From: Paraphysomonas bandaiensis
Lineage: Eukaryota > Protista > Chrysophyceae
Assembly: GCA_965644295.1 (NCBI GenBank)
Contig: CBFFRP010000019.1
Location: 186,001 to 250,000 of the forward strand
Length of the DNA stretch: 64,000 nucleotides
Direction of reading: 5' to 3'
Part shown: positions 25,733 to 37,350 of the stretch, in pieces
How the letters are laid out: every line of letters begins with the position of its first letter
How positions within the stretch are numbered: position 1 is the first letter of the stretch
Notes under the pieces: generated by a model
Told to the model about the DNA's origin: nothing
The model's input: only the letters and a program-made list of their open reading frames with translations
Databases searched by the model: none
Translations under genes and position numbers: made by a program

Positions 25733-26416
25733 GATATTCACCTATGGTAGGATTACAACGGGTAAGAAGTGCGACAATTGAATGATGAAGCTAGTGTTCT
25801 GTAAAGTTACTTGTTCGAAGGAGTATTATGATATGGATAATAACATGTTTGTGACTTATTGCATATTGCACTATTCAGGAGTAGCTGTTAATGCAAACGT
25901 CAACGTTTTTACAAGTAAGGCATGATACAGCGTAACGTGTATGATGTTTTTTATTTGACTGGGGATAGTAGTCCTCATCCCTTGTTTCTGTAAACTTAAC
26001 CATAGTACTGAGATAATACCATTCTAATGTAGTCACGGGGTACGAGGTACAGTATTTTCTGCATTAGATAGAGTATACACAGTATTCAATAAATTAAAGT
26101 CTTTTGTGTCAGGACAATACAATATACACAAGCAAACTCAGTACGAAACACGTACCTAGAACATCTATGTATGACTGAATTCCTTTATTCCTTTTGTTTA
26201 AATCATTATTTCCATTCCACTTTGCACTTCATATGTTGCCCTATTTGCAAATAACACTATAAATAAAATCTGGGCTAGAGATGCTCCGGGCTAAATGCTC
26301 TGGTATGAATGGTCTTAGATCTTAGATGATGTAGCTCTGTAAATATCGTGTGGTAATAATAATGTGATGTAGTAATTGTACAAGCAAATATTGGATGTTG
26401 TAGTTTTAATGTAGTT

Positions 26417-27086
26417 TTATTGGATGTTGATCCAGGATCGAAGTCGACGATACATTACCTCACACAAAGGACCCCCTAGGCTACTCCCGCGACAGCGTCC
26501 AAAATATACACAGAAATGGAAACGCCCAAGGGTACTACGATTACTAGGAGTCCAAAGACGACCAGAGACTGGAATACCATCCACCGCTAACACGACCCAC
26601 ACCTCTCATACACGCAGGAATAAAGCATTGGACCGCATGAAACCATCAGGTCCTAGACAAAGACGCCGTTTCCGGCAACTCCACCTAGGCCTGACGCCCA
26701 TACGACGCACGGAGACAACGACACCTTCCACCACACCACTCCCCTCTCAGCACGGTACACTTCGGACCTTATTAATGCAGAACCCTGTACCACAGAGCCT
26801 GGTGGAACCGTATCCCAAGGGGAGACCCCCAGACAACTCGCGCCAGTGTCCAAAGACACACGAGCAGGGCGAAACTCACAAACAACAACATTACGAACGG
26901 AAGTGGTTGCACCTTGGTGCTTGCGGCGACGCACAAGCAGCTTCTGTAGCGTTAAAGAGTAGGATAATGGAATTTGTACGGATTAGTTATGGGTAGAGGT
27001 CTAACTAGTATGTATGTCTAGCATTCAACTAGCCACTATATTGGTACAGGTTTCTAACGCCTATATTGCTAAATAAAAAGACTTTC
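26417..27086 (+). mobile_element. Retroelement 3' relic (YR/DIRS-like) ending in the structured terminal module
   Basis: About 450 bp closely matches the reverse complement of 51340-51800; GC-richer than its flanks; shared module at 26895-27086. Confidence 0.55.
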
Positions 27087-27869
27087 AATAGTAATGGTGA
27101 TAATGATATAGCGTTATGACGGGTGGGTGAGAAAGAGTATTTTACTCTGGTATTGAATTAATATATACTACCTTTTTAATAAAAGTAATTATCTAATGAT
27201 TACATCGTCATAATGATTACTAGAGTACAACTGGGAGGTTATCATCTTTCTTTTTCTTTTCTTGAGAGAGTAAATACCAGGAAATACTCTAACTGTGGTT
27301 GGAAATTATCCAGAACAACTTTAATGAAGTTTTAGAAGGAGATTGATGAAGTAGTCGCTAATATGCTACTCCATGCTAAACTAACGACATGGTGTTCACT
27401 GCATGATAATATATATATACATTATCTATATATTTGGTCAAGAGTATATATAATGGTCCACACATCTGCGTGGGTATGATTTTGATGCTAATGTCTAATA
27501 ATTAATTCCAACCGAAGTTGAAAATGCCACCATCACGATGTGAATGCTATTTTGTCTCATTTAGAAAGATTAAACTTATGCAATCAGGCGGAGAAGAACA
27601 GCGTGATCTAGAAAACAACACGTCAACAGGCTATTATTGTTATTGGATATCTCACACCAATTACTTGCCGAAAAATTGTTACACAAGTCTGGTAGTCAAG
27701 ATTCAGTATAGTTTTAGGAAGAAAAACACCGAACCGCCATGAAAACCACAGGTTCAAGTACCTACAGGCAAAAATAAGAGAAAGAGGATGACGAGGAAGA
27801 TAAATCCATTTGTTTTTAAAAGAAACGACAGCACTTATACCAAACTTCTCACTGCGTTTGAGTGATAAT

Positions 27870-29390
27870 GCGAAACTTGGGGCTTGCGGTGACACACAAG
27901 CAGCTTCGTAGCGCTAAATAGTAGGATATATCAGAGTTGAGCATTAGTTAGTCTAAAATTGATTACTGAATTGCACCCACCAACAAATGATCACTGATTT
28001 CCAATATCTCTTCACGATCAATGGACTCTAGAGAATAATACTGTGCTCCGTGACCAACGCTACACGGTAATAACCTGGATCGTGCACCTGGATACTGGAA
28101 GGATAGTGGTGCCTTACTTCCGCACAAACTGGCCCTCGCTGGTGAGGCAGATACAAGATCAAGGACAGTTCACAACTCAATACAGCCCTGCCATGGGACA
28201 ACTCCTACAGCAATGGTAGGAATAGGTCCAAAGCAAAGCTTAGACTTGACCTAAAGTAAGCCAGTGCGCTGATTGTGCTTTCGGCTTGACTCTCTCCAAA
28301 AAACATATAACACGCCTCCATCTCTCAGATACGAGAATCCGCCTTTCAGAGACACAAGGAGTGTCTGCGGAGATTCCTAATTGATCCAACTCTCCCACCT
28401 CTTGGAGTCCTCCCATTCTCAAGAAACTCTCTCGCAGAGCCTGGAGAGCCTCCCTTCCGCAGGTGAACGATTCTGGACAGAAACTATTACTGAAGCTCAA
28501 ATGGAACGCATTTCGGTGCCATTGCTCCCTCAATGCGCGTGGACTACGCATCATTGAAACAGCAGCTGTTATCCTCTATCTCGACCGCTCTTTACTGCAG
28601 CCAAACAAATGCTCCAAGATTGTAGTGGGCGTTAATATCTGCTATCAACGGGTCACGAAGGCTCTCCCCTAGACGGCGTCAGCGATGTGGACACATACAA
28701 AGTTCCCATATCGCGCTCAAAATGCAGTAATACGCGATATAAATCGAGCAATACCCAACGAAAGCCACGGGTTCTACGCTTTCTACGCGTAAAGCGGAGA
28801 CCTAACGCGCCCCCGAATTCTTCTTCTGCCACCTCCGTCTCAGCAGAGACACTACGACGCTAACTTTGTCAGCTACTCTTCTCTGCCCAAGGCCCAAGGC
28901 CCAACTCGCAGAAAAGTCATTCCAAGACACGCAGGAGCCCCAACATACCCCCTCGTCCATGTATCTCAGCAGGTTAAGAACACTTAACTCACAGATACAG
29001 AATCTTTCTTCACAAAGCCCCGAGGACGATTCTTCTGATATAAGGGGCGTTCTTCAGACCGATTCTTTTGTACTTCAAGGACTGACGTCCGCAGAGAGCT
29101 TCTCCCTCACACACAAGAACGGAAGTGGTTGCACCTTAGTGCTTGCGGCCTTGCGGCGACGCACAAGTAGCTTCTGTAGCATTAAATAGTAGGATATGAG
29201 AATTTTCACTAGTTAGTTACTGGTAGAAGTCTACTCTTAATCTAACTACTTATCTGGTGTCGATTCTTGACGCCTACTGCTAATTGCTAATAATAAGACT
29301 TTCACACAGAGTTGAGCACTAGCTTGTTAAATATTTTTGCTACATTAGTTCTGACACTTACACGCCTATTGCTAATAATAAGACATTCAC
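27870..29390 (+). mobile_element. Decayed tyrosine-recombinase (DIRS/PAT-like) retroelement with split direct repeats
   Basis: Module variant at the left end (27881-27945) and tandem module copies at the right end (29117-29303, 29307-29388). Frameshifted KWNAFRCHC..VILYL..LISAI resembles the YR core-binding domain; TF..FY-like trace near 28770. Confidence 0.5.
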
Positions 29391-29707
29391 GACCAAACTG
29401 CAAATACGATATAGCTTCATGCAGAATTAGTATAGCACTTCCGATATCTGTGAAAGGTCGTTTAGCTAGCGGAGCTACGATTGTTGAATGACACCTGTAT
29501 ATCGGAATCTGGGGTGAGATTGTAGTTCAGAAATCTATTCTAACATAAGTTGACCTCAAAACACTTAGTTCTCGGATAAACACTCAGCTTATTAGTGTAT
29601 ATTGTGGTTATCACTGCGTAGAACGCATAAACCAGTTGAGTATGCCTGCTATAATAGCTACGATAGCAGCATGTAAAAAATTAATAACGCTTCCAGAAAA
29701 TCTAGAA

Positions 29708-30775
29708 CTATTTCTCTACACATGCATATACCACACTACCACTGCTCCAGAACAGATTTTGGTCATAGAATTCGTACGTAGTAGAGGACGCTTCAAATTC
29801 ATAGAAGAAAGAGTATTTGGAGTCACCATACGAAATATTTACGTCGGTGGGAAAGTCTTGATATGACTCCCATCGATAAATGACATAGTGATTAGTTGGT
29901 GTCAGGTCACTAACAATCACTTGTGCCTGAAGGAGAACAGCATCTTCTCCATTTCGTATGTTCGGTTCATTCGTGTTATTGACAAACATTTTTAGTGGGA
30001 GAGCACCATGAGCACCAGACCCTTCGAGACCAGTCATAGAGTAACCATACACACGGTCTTGGTACAAGCATGGATACATTTCATTATATCCCCAACCAGG
30101 CTGAGCGTAACGACAATTTCCATCCATGTCTAAATCGTCCAATAAAGACGAGAAATTACGAAAATAACCGTAATTATTATCTCCATCAGGTGAATAGTCA
30201 GAGCCATGGTTGACGATGTCATCATCATACACAGTTAAGTCATCCATTGGGTGGTTTGAATACAATTTAAAGAATGGCTCGATATGATCGTACAAATTGG
30301 GATTGTCGTCGGTGCCATACGCATTGTGGCCATCCCCTTTGCATAATACAAACTGAACAACACCAAAACCTGAAGCCAGTTGTTTCTTCAGCCATGCTAA
30401 ATAATTATTACCCTGAGGCTGAGGCTCTCCCTCCCAATCCCAGCTAACATAAGACAAATGTAGATTTTTTAAAGCCGGTTCTATATTGCTATGGAGGATC
30501 TCATATCCCTCAATAGGATTACCATGCCCCTCAGCTGCAGGGGCTGCCTTACGTACAAGATCCTGTGATACCCACATTCCATAGGAGAGAGCTATTGACT
30601 GTATCGATACAGATCCACAGAATCCACCAGATATAGTCCATTGATAACGCGGAATTACATCCCTACCTGATATATATTTATAGTTTGGTGGTATACATAT
30701 TCCAGGATCAACACAGCTCTCATCACTTCGCACTATTGCAATAAAACATAATACAAGTATGAAATATTTGAACAT
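29708..30775 (-). CDS. Secreted hypothetical protein, possible papain-like (C39-type) Cys peptidase; intronless
   Basis: Signal peptide; QWTISGGFCGSVSIQSIALSYG (Q..CG..S helix) and YDHIEP as a candidate Cys/His dyad. Confidence 0.7.
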   Translation of the reverse strand: MFKYFILVLCFIAIVRSDESCVDPGICIPPNYKYISGRDVIPRYQWTISGGFCGSVSIQSIALSYGMWVSQDLVRKAAPAAEGHGNPIEGYEILHSNIEPALKNLHLSYVSWDWEGEPQPQGNNYLAWLKKQLASGFGVVQFVLCKGDGHNAYGTDDNPNLYDHIEPFFKLYSNHPMDDLTVYDDDIVNHGSDYSPDGDNNYGYFRNFSSLLDDLDMDGNCRYAQPGWGYNEMYPCLYQDRVYGYSMTGLEGSGAHGALPLKMFVNNTNEPNIRNGEDAVLLQAQVIVSDLTPTNHYVIYRWESYQDFPTDVNISYGDSKYSFFYEFEASSTTYEFYDQNLFWSSGSVVYACVEK

Positions 30776-31446
30776 TGTAACTACAGTGAACTCTGTTTAT
30801 AAGTTATGATCACTGGAATTCTCCTGTAAGGAGTAAACTACTACAAGCAGATGTTAATACTCTCCTCTATATAGTCATAAACTCACTCTGCGTGTGTATC
30901 ACTCTAGGCAGGAATTTCCTTCGTGCTGTGTGTAGTATGTACAGTATCTGCATAGAAAATAGGGATATTTTACACGGTGGGTCGAAAAACAGGTACTTTA
31001 GCCACCTTGGGTATGTACAGTATGTACTGTATATTATGTACAGTATATGCGGGACATCCCAATCGTGGGTAAAAAAACACAAGCGTCACAAAGTTTACTT
31101 GATCGTACGTTAGTCACACTGTGGTATGCGTATCTTGGAATTCTATTTTTTTGGTATATAAAAATACAAACCAGAGGGAAATACACTAGTGTATACCACG
31201 TATATCGTGTATACAATGTAATTTCAGACTCAAAACTGGTGATGTTGAGGGTACATATTCACTTTTTCGTCCAGATTCCTCCCACTTCATCCCCTCTCAG
31301 GTGTTTGATTGGCTAATACACGAAGATTCAGATTCCTTTTGAAACAACGGTTCACATGCAGATGTATCATAGTGCTGTGTATCAGCATCAGTCATTACTT
31401 AATAACTGCAGTGATTGAACACACTCAACGTGTTCAGTGACTTCAA

Positions 31447-32687
31447 ATGGTTTTCATCTACCCCTTCAGAAAAGTTGTTGATTGTGATCAAGAGGAAAAC
31501 TTTCCAGTCAATGTTAAAATCAATCCTCCAGTGGACAATGCCTCTACCCAGTCAGTCCCTGGTAACAGGCCTCGACCCTGTGTAGTTGAAAGGGACATCG
31601 CTCCTAATGACTCATCATTATACATCTACTCAATATCTGGCCCTGATCATGTCCAAGTGGGAATATGTGGTGCCATATGTGCCTCGGACTACAAGCGTGG
31701 CATCATTAAGAGACATGAGGGTACCATTTCGGGAAAATGCCACCAGAGTGCTAAGTTGGAAACCACGGAAAATACATACGCATCTATTTGCCCAGTAATG
31801 CTCATGTATCGTGAGAGCTCGGAGTTAACAGCTGTGGTAGAGCATCTGACATCATTTCCTCCAGATCGAAGCACAGACTTCGACGGATACACACACTGCG
31901 TTTGGGCTGTTGAGGATCCTCACAGCATTATTTCCATCCGCAAGGCCTTTCTCCGTGTGGACTTTCTTTATATAGCTGACGGACATCACCGCATGGAGGC
32001 AGCCGCGGAAGCACAGGGTGATGGGGTTCGTGTGATGGCTGCGATATTTCCACATACGCATATGAGGACCCACTCGTTCCATCGTTGTATTGATGGTATA
32101 CAAGAGGTTATTGACCCAGAAGACTTTATGCACAAGGTAAGTTTTTTTTCATAGTTTTTTTTTATTCTTATAGTTTGCAGCTCGGAGAACACTTCATGAT
32201 ATCCGACGTACCTGCGGACTGTTCAGACCCTTCCCCACAAGATCCCCAAAGTATGACAATGTTGTACAACAAGCGTTGGTTTCACCTTCGACCTATTATT
32301 CGAGAAGACAGAGTTGTAGCGACTCAGGAGGATCCCGTTCTAGCTCTTGATGCACAGATTATTTTCGACCTCGTTATGAGACCACTGCTAGGCATCGATG
32401 ATCTGCATGTTGCAGAAAATGTCACATACTGTAAGTTTTACGCGTCTACACTATGTTAGTCTTTTATCTTATTTTTCTATGTAGTAAGTAGCGTGGAAGT
32501 ACACGCCAAGGATCTCAAGGATATGCACAGCGAGTGCTCCCCCTCTGATCGATTGATATTTTGTACCAATCATGTGTCTGTGGAATCGATCATGGAAATA
32601 TCTGCAGGAGGATTTGTAATGCCCCCTAAAGTTACTTGTTTTGAACCTAAGGTTCCACCGGGGATATTTTGCCGCCTCTACAACTAA
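31447..32687 (+). CDS. DUF1015 family protein (ParB/Srx-like fold), 3 exons
   Basis: IKRHE.T, LYIADGHHR, C-terminal MPPKVTCFEPK; introns about 32137-32180 and 32431-32484. Confidence 0.85.
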
Positions 32688-34496
32688 ACCTCTGAGAGAA
32701 GTTGTAGAAAGTACTAGCACGTGTCGTTGTGAGGATGTGGGATTAAGACGTTTATTTTCTTGTATATATCGTATGGCGACTGGATTACATTGCAATGTGT
32801 TTTGTATATACAAGAGCTATATATCGCTGAGAAGTGTAGTGTGTATGTGACAAGGATCAATTTTATATTTGTTGTTTGTATATTATTTATCCTTGCACTA
32901 AACATCACTGTTGTTGGTTAATCATAATACTATAACAATATAAATGTTGTTGCATCATACTGTGGTGTGCTTGGATTATTCCTAATTTTGACCCACAGTG
33001 TGCCGGTTGGAGTACTTAGCGCAGTACGTATCTACTAATGGTTTCGTAGTAGTCATAGTGGTGTAATGTATGAACACTAATTGTTTTCAATATACTTCTA
33101 CACACTCTCACTGGTTTTCTTAACGCCACCCTCGATATGGGGCGATAATAGCACTACTAGCTACTTGCATTCCTTTAAACCACATATATATATATGCAGT
33201 AACAGGAGTGTACAAGTGAAATGCTGTATCTTGATATTGAAAAATAGATTAATTAATTCTACAGAGCAGTTTACTTCTTTCTTTTGTGCAGTCAGCGATA
33301 CAGTACTCTCACTTAAATTCAGTTCAAGTTTATCTTAAAATTTATGAGAAACAGTACTTGATACAAGAAAAATGCATCCACAGTTTGAGTCTAACGCTCA
33401 ATAAAGAACACTCTGTTCTTGGATTGCTCCTTGAATTCTTAGAAATCCGGAACCGAAAGGTACACATTGAAGAACCACCTCAACTTTTGAGCCCAGGGGC
33501 AACTACAGGGCAGAAGTCAGAAAAGAAAAATAGACAGACGCTATAAATTCGGTGTATGTTATGTGCCTCATATAAATCCCTTAAACGATCGTCACGAATC
33601 AGACATATATATTTACTTAATCATTGGCACAATAATTCAATACAATCCATACATAGTAACTTACCATTTTCGAGTAATCAGTGCGGCGGTCAGTACGGTC
33701 TCTCTGTTGTGTCAGCTATGCTCTCAGATGGATAAGTGACACAGCACCAGGAAGTACAGAAAAGCGGTTAGTGTCTTGAAATATTTCAATCCTCATAGTT
33801 TCCTGAACTACATCAAATTAGATTTCTTTTATTACCAGTATTTCATGGCATATGAGTGTCGTGATGTCTCAAAATAAGTGTATCATCTTTAATCAGTGGT
33901 AGTGACAAAAATGGTAATAATATCATTGACATTCATTCACGTATAAGCACACCATGGTATGGACTTACATGTAGACATTAGCGGGTAGATTAACGAGAGG
34001 GATACAAGTAGTAGGAAAAGTGTATCTCTTCATCACTTTCCTTACTATTCATACAAGTTCATGTGCTCTCCAATGATACACTCCAATTCCTTATCGAGTG
34101 GTATATTTATTCCCCATCTCATGAGGTGTTAATTATGACTATGTAGTACATATGAATTCATATACACACTCCATCATCCTATAGACATTCTGTGGCTCTC
34201 ATAACTACCAAAAAAATTTGGTGGTCGGGAAGTGTGCCTTTCAAAAATCCATTCAAATATTTGAAGTATATTTTTTTGTACATGTTCTTTTTTCTTACTG
34301 AATGACGGTGAGAAGAAAATCGACTGGAATGAGTGAAGTGTGACTACGAAGTGACTAGATAATAATGTATAGATGTATATGGTGAGGATAATACAGACGA
34401 CTATACCAAGTGGTTTGTTATCTATAGCGAGATGAATAGAAGTTAAGAGTATATTAAATATAGTCATACTGATTGTTTGAATATAATAATTTCATA

Positions 34497-36893
34497 ATGA
34501 GTGACTCAGAAGATACAACATGTCCTCTCTGTATGGAAGAGATGGATCTTATCGACAAGAATTTTGTTCCTTGTCCATGCGGCTATAGGGTACATTCTTA
34601 CGGCTTTATATATATATTTAATTCATTATATATTTATATAGGTCTGTATGTGGTGTTGGCATCACATTAAAGAGAATTTAAATGGTCTATGTCCTGCCTG
34701 TCGGGTACCATACAAAGAAGACCCCCATGTATTTGCTGCTGTGGAGACAACTGAGTGAGTGTTGCTGTAGTATAAGTCGTACTATGTTATAATGATTGAT
34801 TGTAGGGTGGTTAAAAAAAATAAAGAAAGGAGACAAAAAGAAAGACAAGAAAGAAAGGTATCAGACCGCCCAGCATCTTCCAAGAGCCAAACAATTGATC
34901 GGAAGCATTTACATAATTACCGTGTGGTACAGCGCAACCTCGTATATATAATTGGTGTACCGGGATCCATAGCATCTGAAGAGATTCTCCGGAAACCAGA
35001 GTATTTTGGTCAATATGGAAAGATAAACAAAGTAGTGGTACATCGGAATCACGCATCATCACATGCTACGGTGAGCGCTTATATAACTTTCACATATAAA
35101 GACGACGCCAGGGCGGCTATCCAGGCTTTAGAAGGTTTTTGGCTAGATGGTCACCAAATGCGTGCCTCTTTTGGTACTACCAAATACTGTAATAATTTTA
35201 TTCGGGGAGTGCCGTGCAACAACCCGGAGTGTGTTTATTTGCACGAGCTTGGGGAAGATGAAGACAGGTTTACAAAGGAAGAAATTCAGGTAGTTTTGGT
35301 GTTTGCTCAGAGTCTTACATCGCACTTGATCATGTTCAGTTTATAGATATATGAATTGCTGAACACGTCATTTGTTGTAACTTTATTTCTTTCTTGCAGC
35401 AAGCAGGATATAGCAAGCTCGTGCCACAGGCTGGGCGAGACCAGACTATCGTCACAGGGGGCGGTGGACCATCTGGGACTGGCAAACGACCCCAGGGAGA
35501 AGGGATTTTGCCTGCCCCTGTATTTGTACAGGACGTACCTGCTGCGGACCGAAGCCGTGGTCGCCACATGACCGCTGCCTCTGTACCCCCCGCAATGACT
35601 AGCAGTGACTCCATTGAGGATCCATCATCAGCAAGTACCGCCCCTGGGAATATGAAAATGAATGGGCATGTTATGAATAGCGTTAGTAACACAAGTGGTA
35701 AAGGAATAAAAAAGCAAGCTGACTTAGGCGATCGGAAGATTTCAGCTGATAGCGTTAGTGCACCTGTCTCAGTGGAACGGAACTCGTCTGATGCATCAGT
35801 GTCTTCAACAACCTCTGGCACACCAGCTAAACAGACAAAAGCACAACAAAAGGCTGCTCTACGGGAGCAGCGAGAGCGCGAGGCGAGAGAAGCGAAGGAA
35901 CTCAAAGAAAGAGAACTGAAAGAAAGGGAACGGCAGCAAAAGGAAAAAGAAACTAAGAAGGATGGTACCAGTAGCAAAAGTAGCGTTGACAAGACAGTCT
36001 CAAAAGAGCAACAGAAGCAACAGTCGTCTCAAAGCAAATCGGGTGGGAGTAGCAAGTCTTCTGCGCAGACAATCACCTCTGTCGCCCCAAGTCGGAGTGA
36101 TGGCAATTTATCTGATGATATATCTGATGAGAGTGACTTGCCTCCACTTTCCGAAGATAAGACTCTTGATAACCCTACCTCCAATCTGGAGGACGATTGT
36201 AAACTTCAATCCAAAGCCTCAGACCCGTCAGTCGGATCGGCAGGACACAGTAAGGGTAGCACCAGTGGAACGGAACAAGTGTCCCCTACACAACAGACTT
36301 CCTCTTTTACTTATTCCAATCTTGTCTCACCGGCCTCTTTCAATGGACTCGGTAACTGCGCTGTGTTTCCAGTGCCCGTCAGCTCGTTATCTATTAGCAT
36401 ATGGAGTAATCTCCTCAAGTCCTCTTCCAATGACCTTCAAACCAACCCTTATGCTTTAATTGCACTTCCTTTAACAGAATTGTTTGAGTTGACTATCCCA
36501 CCAGTTGATGCATCGTGTATGACAGCCTGGCCAAAGCCCATGTCCCACTATTATCAGGGAGTGGGGACGGGTGGAGTGACCCATGCACCGGTGGGTCAAC
36601 ATGTGTACTACCGCTCCACTGGGTCACAGGAGACACCACCGCCATCCCACCCTCAGCAGCAACAACAACAACAAGGTTCTTCACCGTCACCATATGGACC
36701 ACATGAGGGAAAGCAGTCTACCTCTAGTGGCTACCCATATGGTCAACATATGAGCTCCACTGGGATGCACCAGAGTCAATCGCACGCACAGTCACAACCC
36801 CCTATGGCAGCTCTTCAACAAATGCTTCCCTCGGTGAATATGAGATATGCACAACAGCAGCAGACATATACAGGAGTTCCCGCGAAGAGGTAA
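34497..36893 (+). CDS. CNOT4: CCR4-NOT E3 ubiquitin ligase NOT4/CNOT4 (C4C4 RING, RRM, C3H1, disordered tail)
   Basis: CPLCMEEMD..DKNFVPCPCGYR|VCMWCWHHI..CPACR; RVVQRNLVYIIG; RASFGTTKYC; CNNPECVYLHE. Confidence 0.95.
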
Positions 36894-37350
36894 AGTTTTC
36901 CTTTTCCAGCCCTACTGAGAGAGATATTACGCTTTTGACAGGCAGTTGATGCCGTTATATAGCCACTGTTTCTCCGATGTTAGTTATTAATGCGTACGTG
37001 TCTCATTACATGCATCTCGAAAATAGTTAGTTACCCTCATGGTTATGATGCAAAAGGTCCTAGCTGCCTGAAGTGTCAGTCCATGTGTAGCTAAAACGAT
37101 GTGTTATGTGCGATAAAACACAGTTTTGAGCTGCATACTTAACTGTGATATTAAGTAATAATATGAAAAACATATCATATAGTTTGCCATGATGTTGAGC
37201 TGATTTTTTAGTTATTTTCATATTTTTTAGTCGCGCAAATTCAAAATAATATGGCACATCCGATATTTTCTATATGGACTGCGTATACATTTACGCTCTT
37301 AATTAGCACGTCAATAGAGCTATCTTTGTCAAGAATGGGGCATATTCTTT

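Noticed and set aside
25780-25825. SECIS-like AUGA..AAA..GA after the TMEM65-GAF TGA
   Set aside because: Poor helix II and wrong spacing; the GAF domain is already complete before the stop.
26915-26945. Group II intron domain V
   Set aside because: GNRA loop and AC bulge are present, but there is no AGC/CGC triad at the right spacing and no other intron domains.
26424-26996. 190-aa ORF (and 51566-51919) as a real protein gene
   Set aside because: Lies in a decayed repeat; the frames differ between copies and no domain is recognisable.
26935-27070. Pistol ribozyme (hairpin followed by UUAAAUAG, possible loop pseudoknot with ACGGAA)
   Set aside because: Lacks the conserved GCG after the pseudoknot and the GU cleavage site; the pseudoknot pairing fails in the other variants.
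33390-33830. Possible small spliced gene on the minus strand
   Set aside because: Plausible splice sites, but no consistent full model or recognisable product.
35336-35992. 218-aa antisense ORF and similar shadow ORFs over large genes
   Set aside because: Antisense shadows of low-complexity coding sequence.
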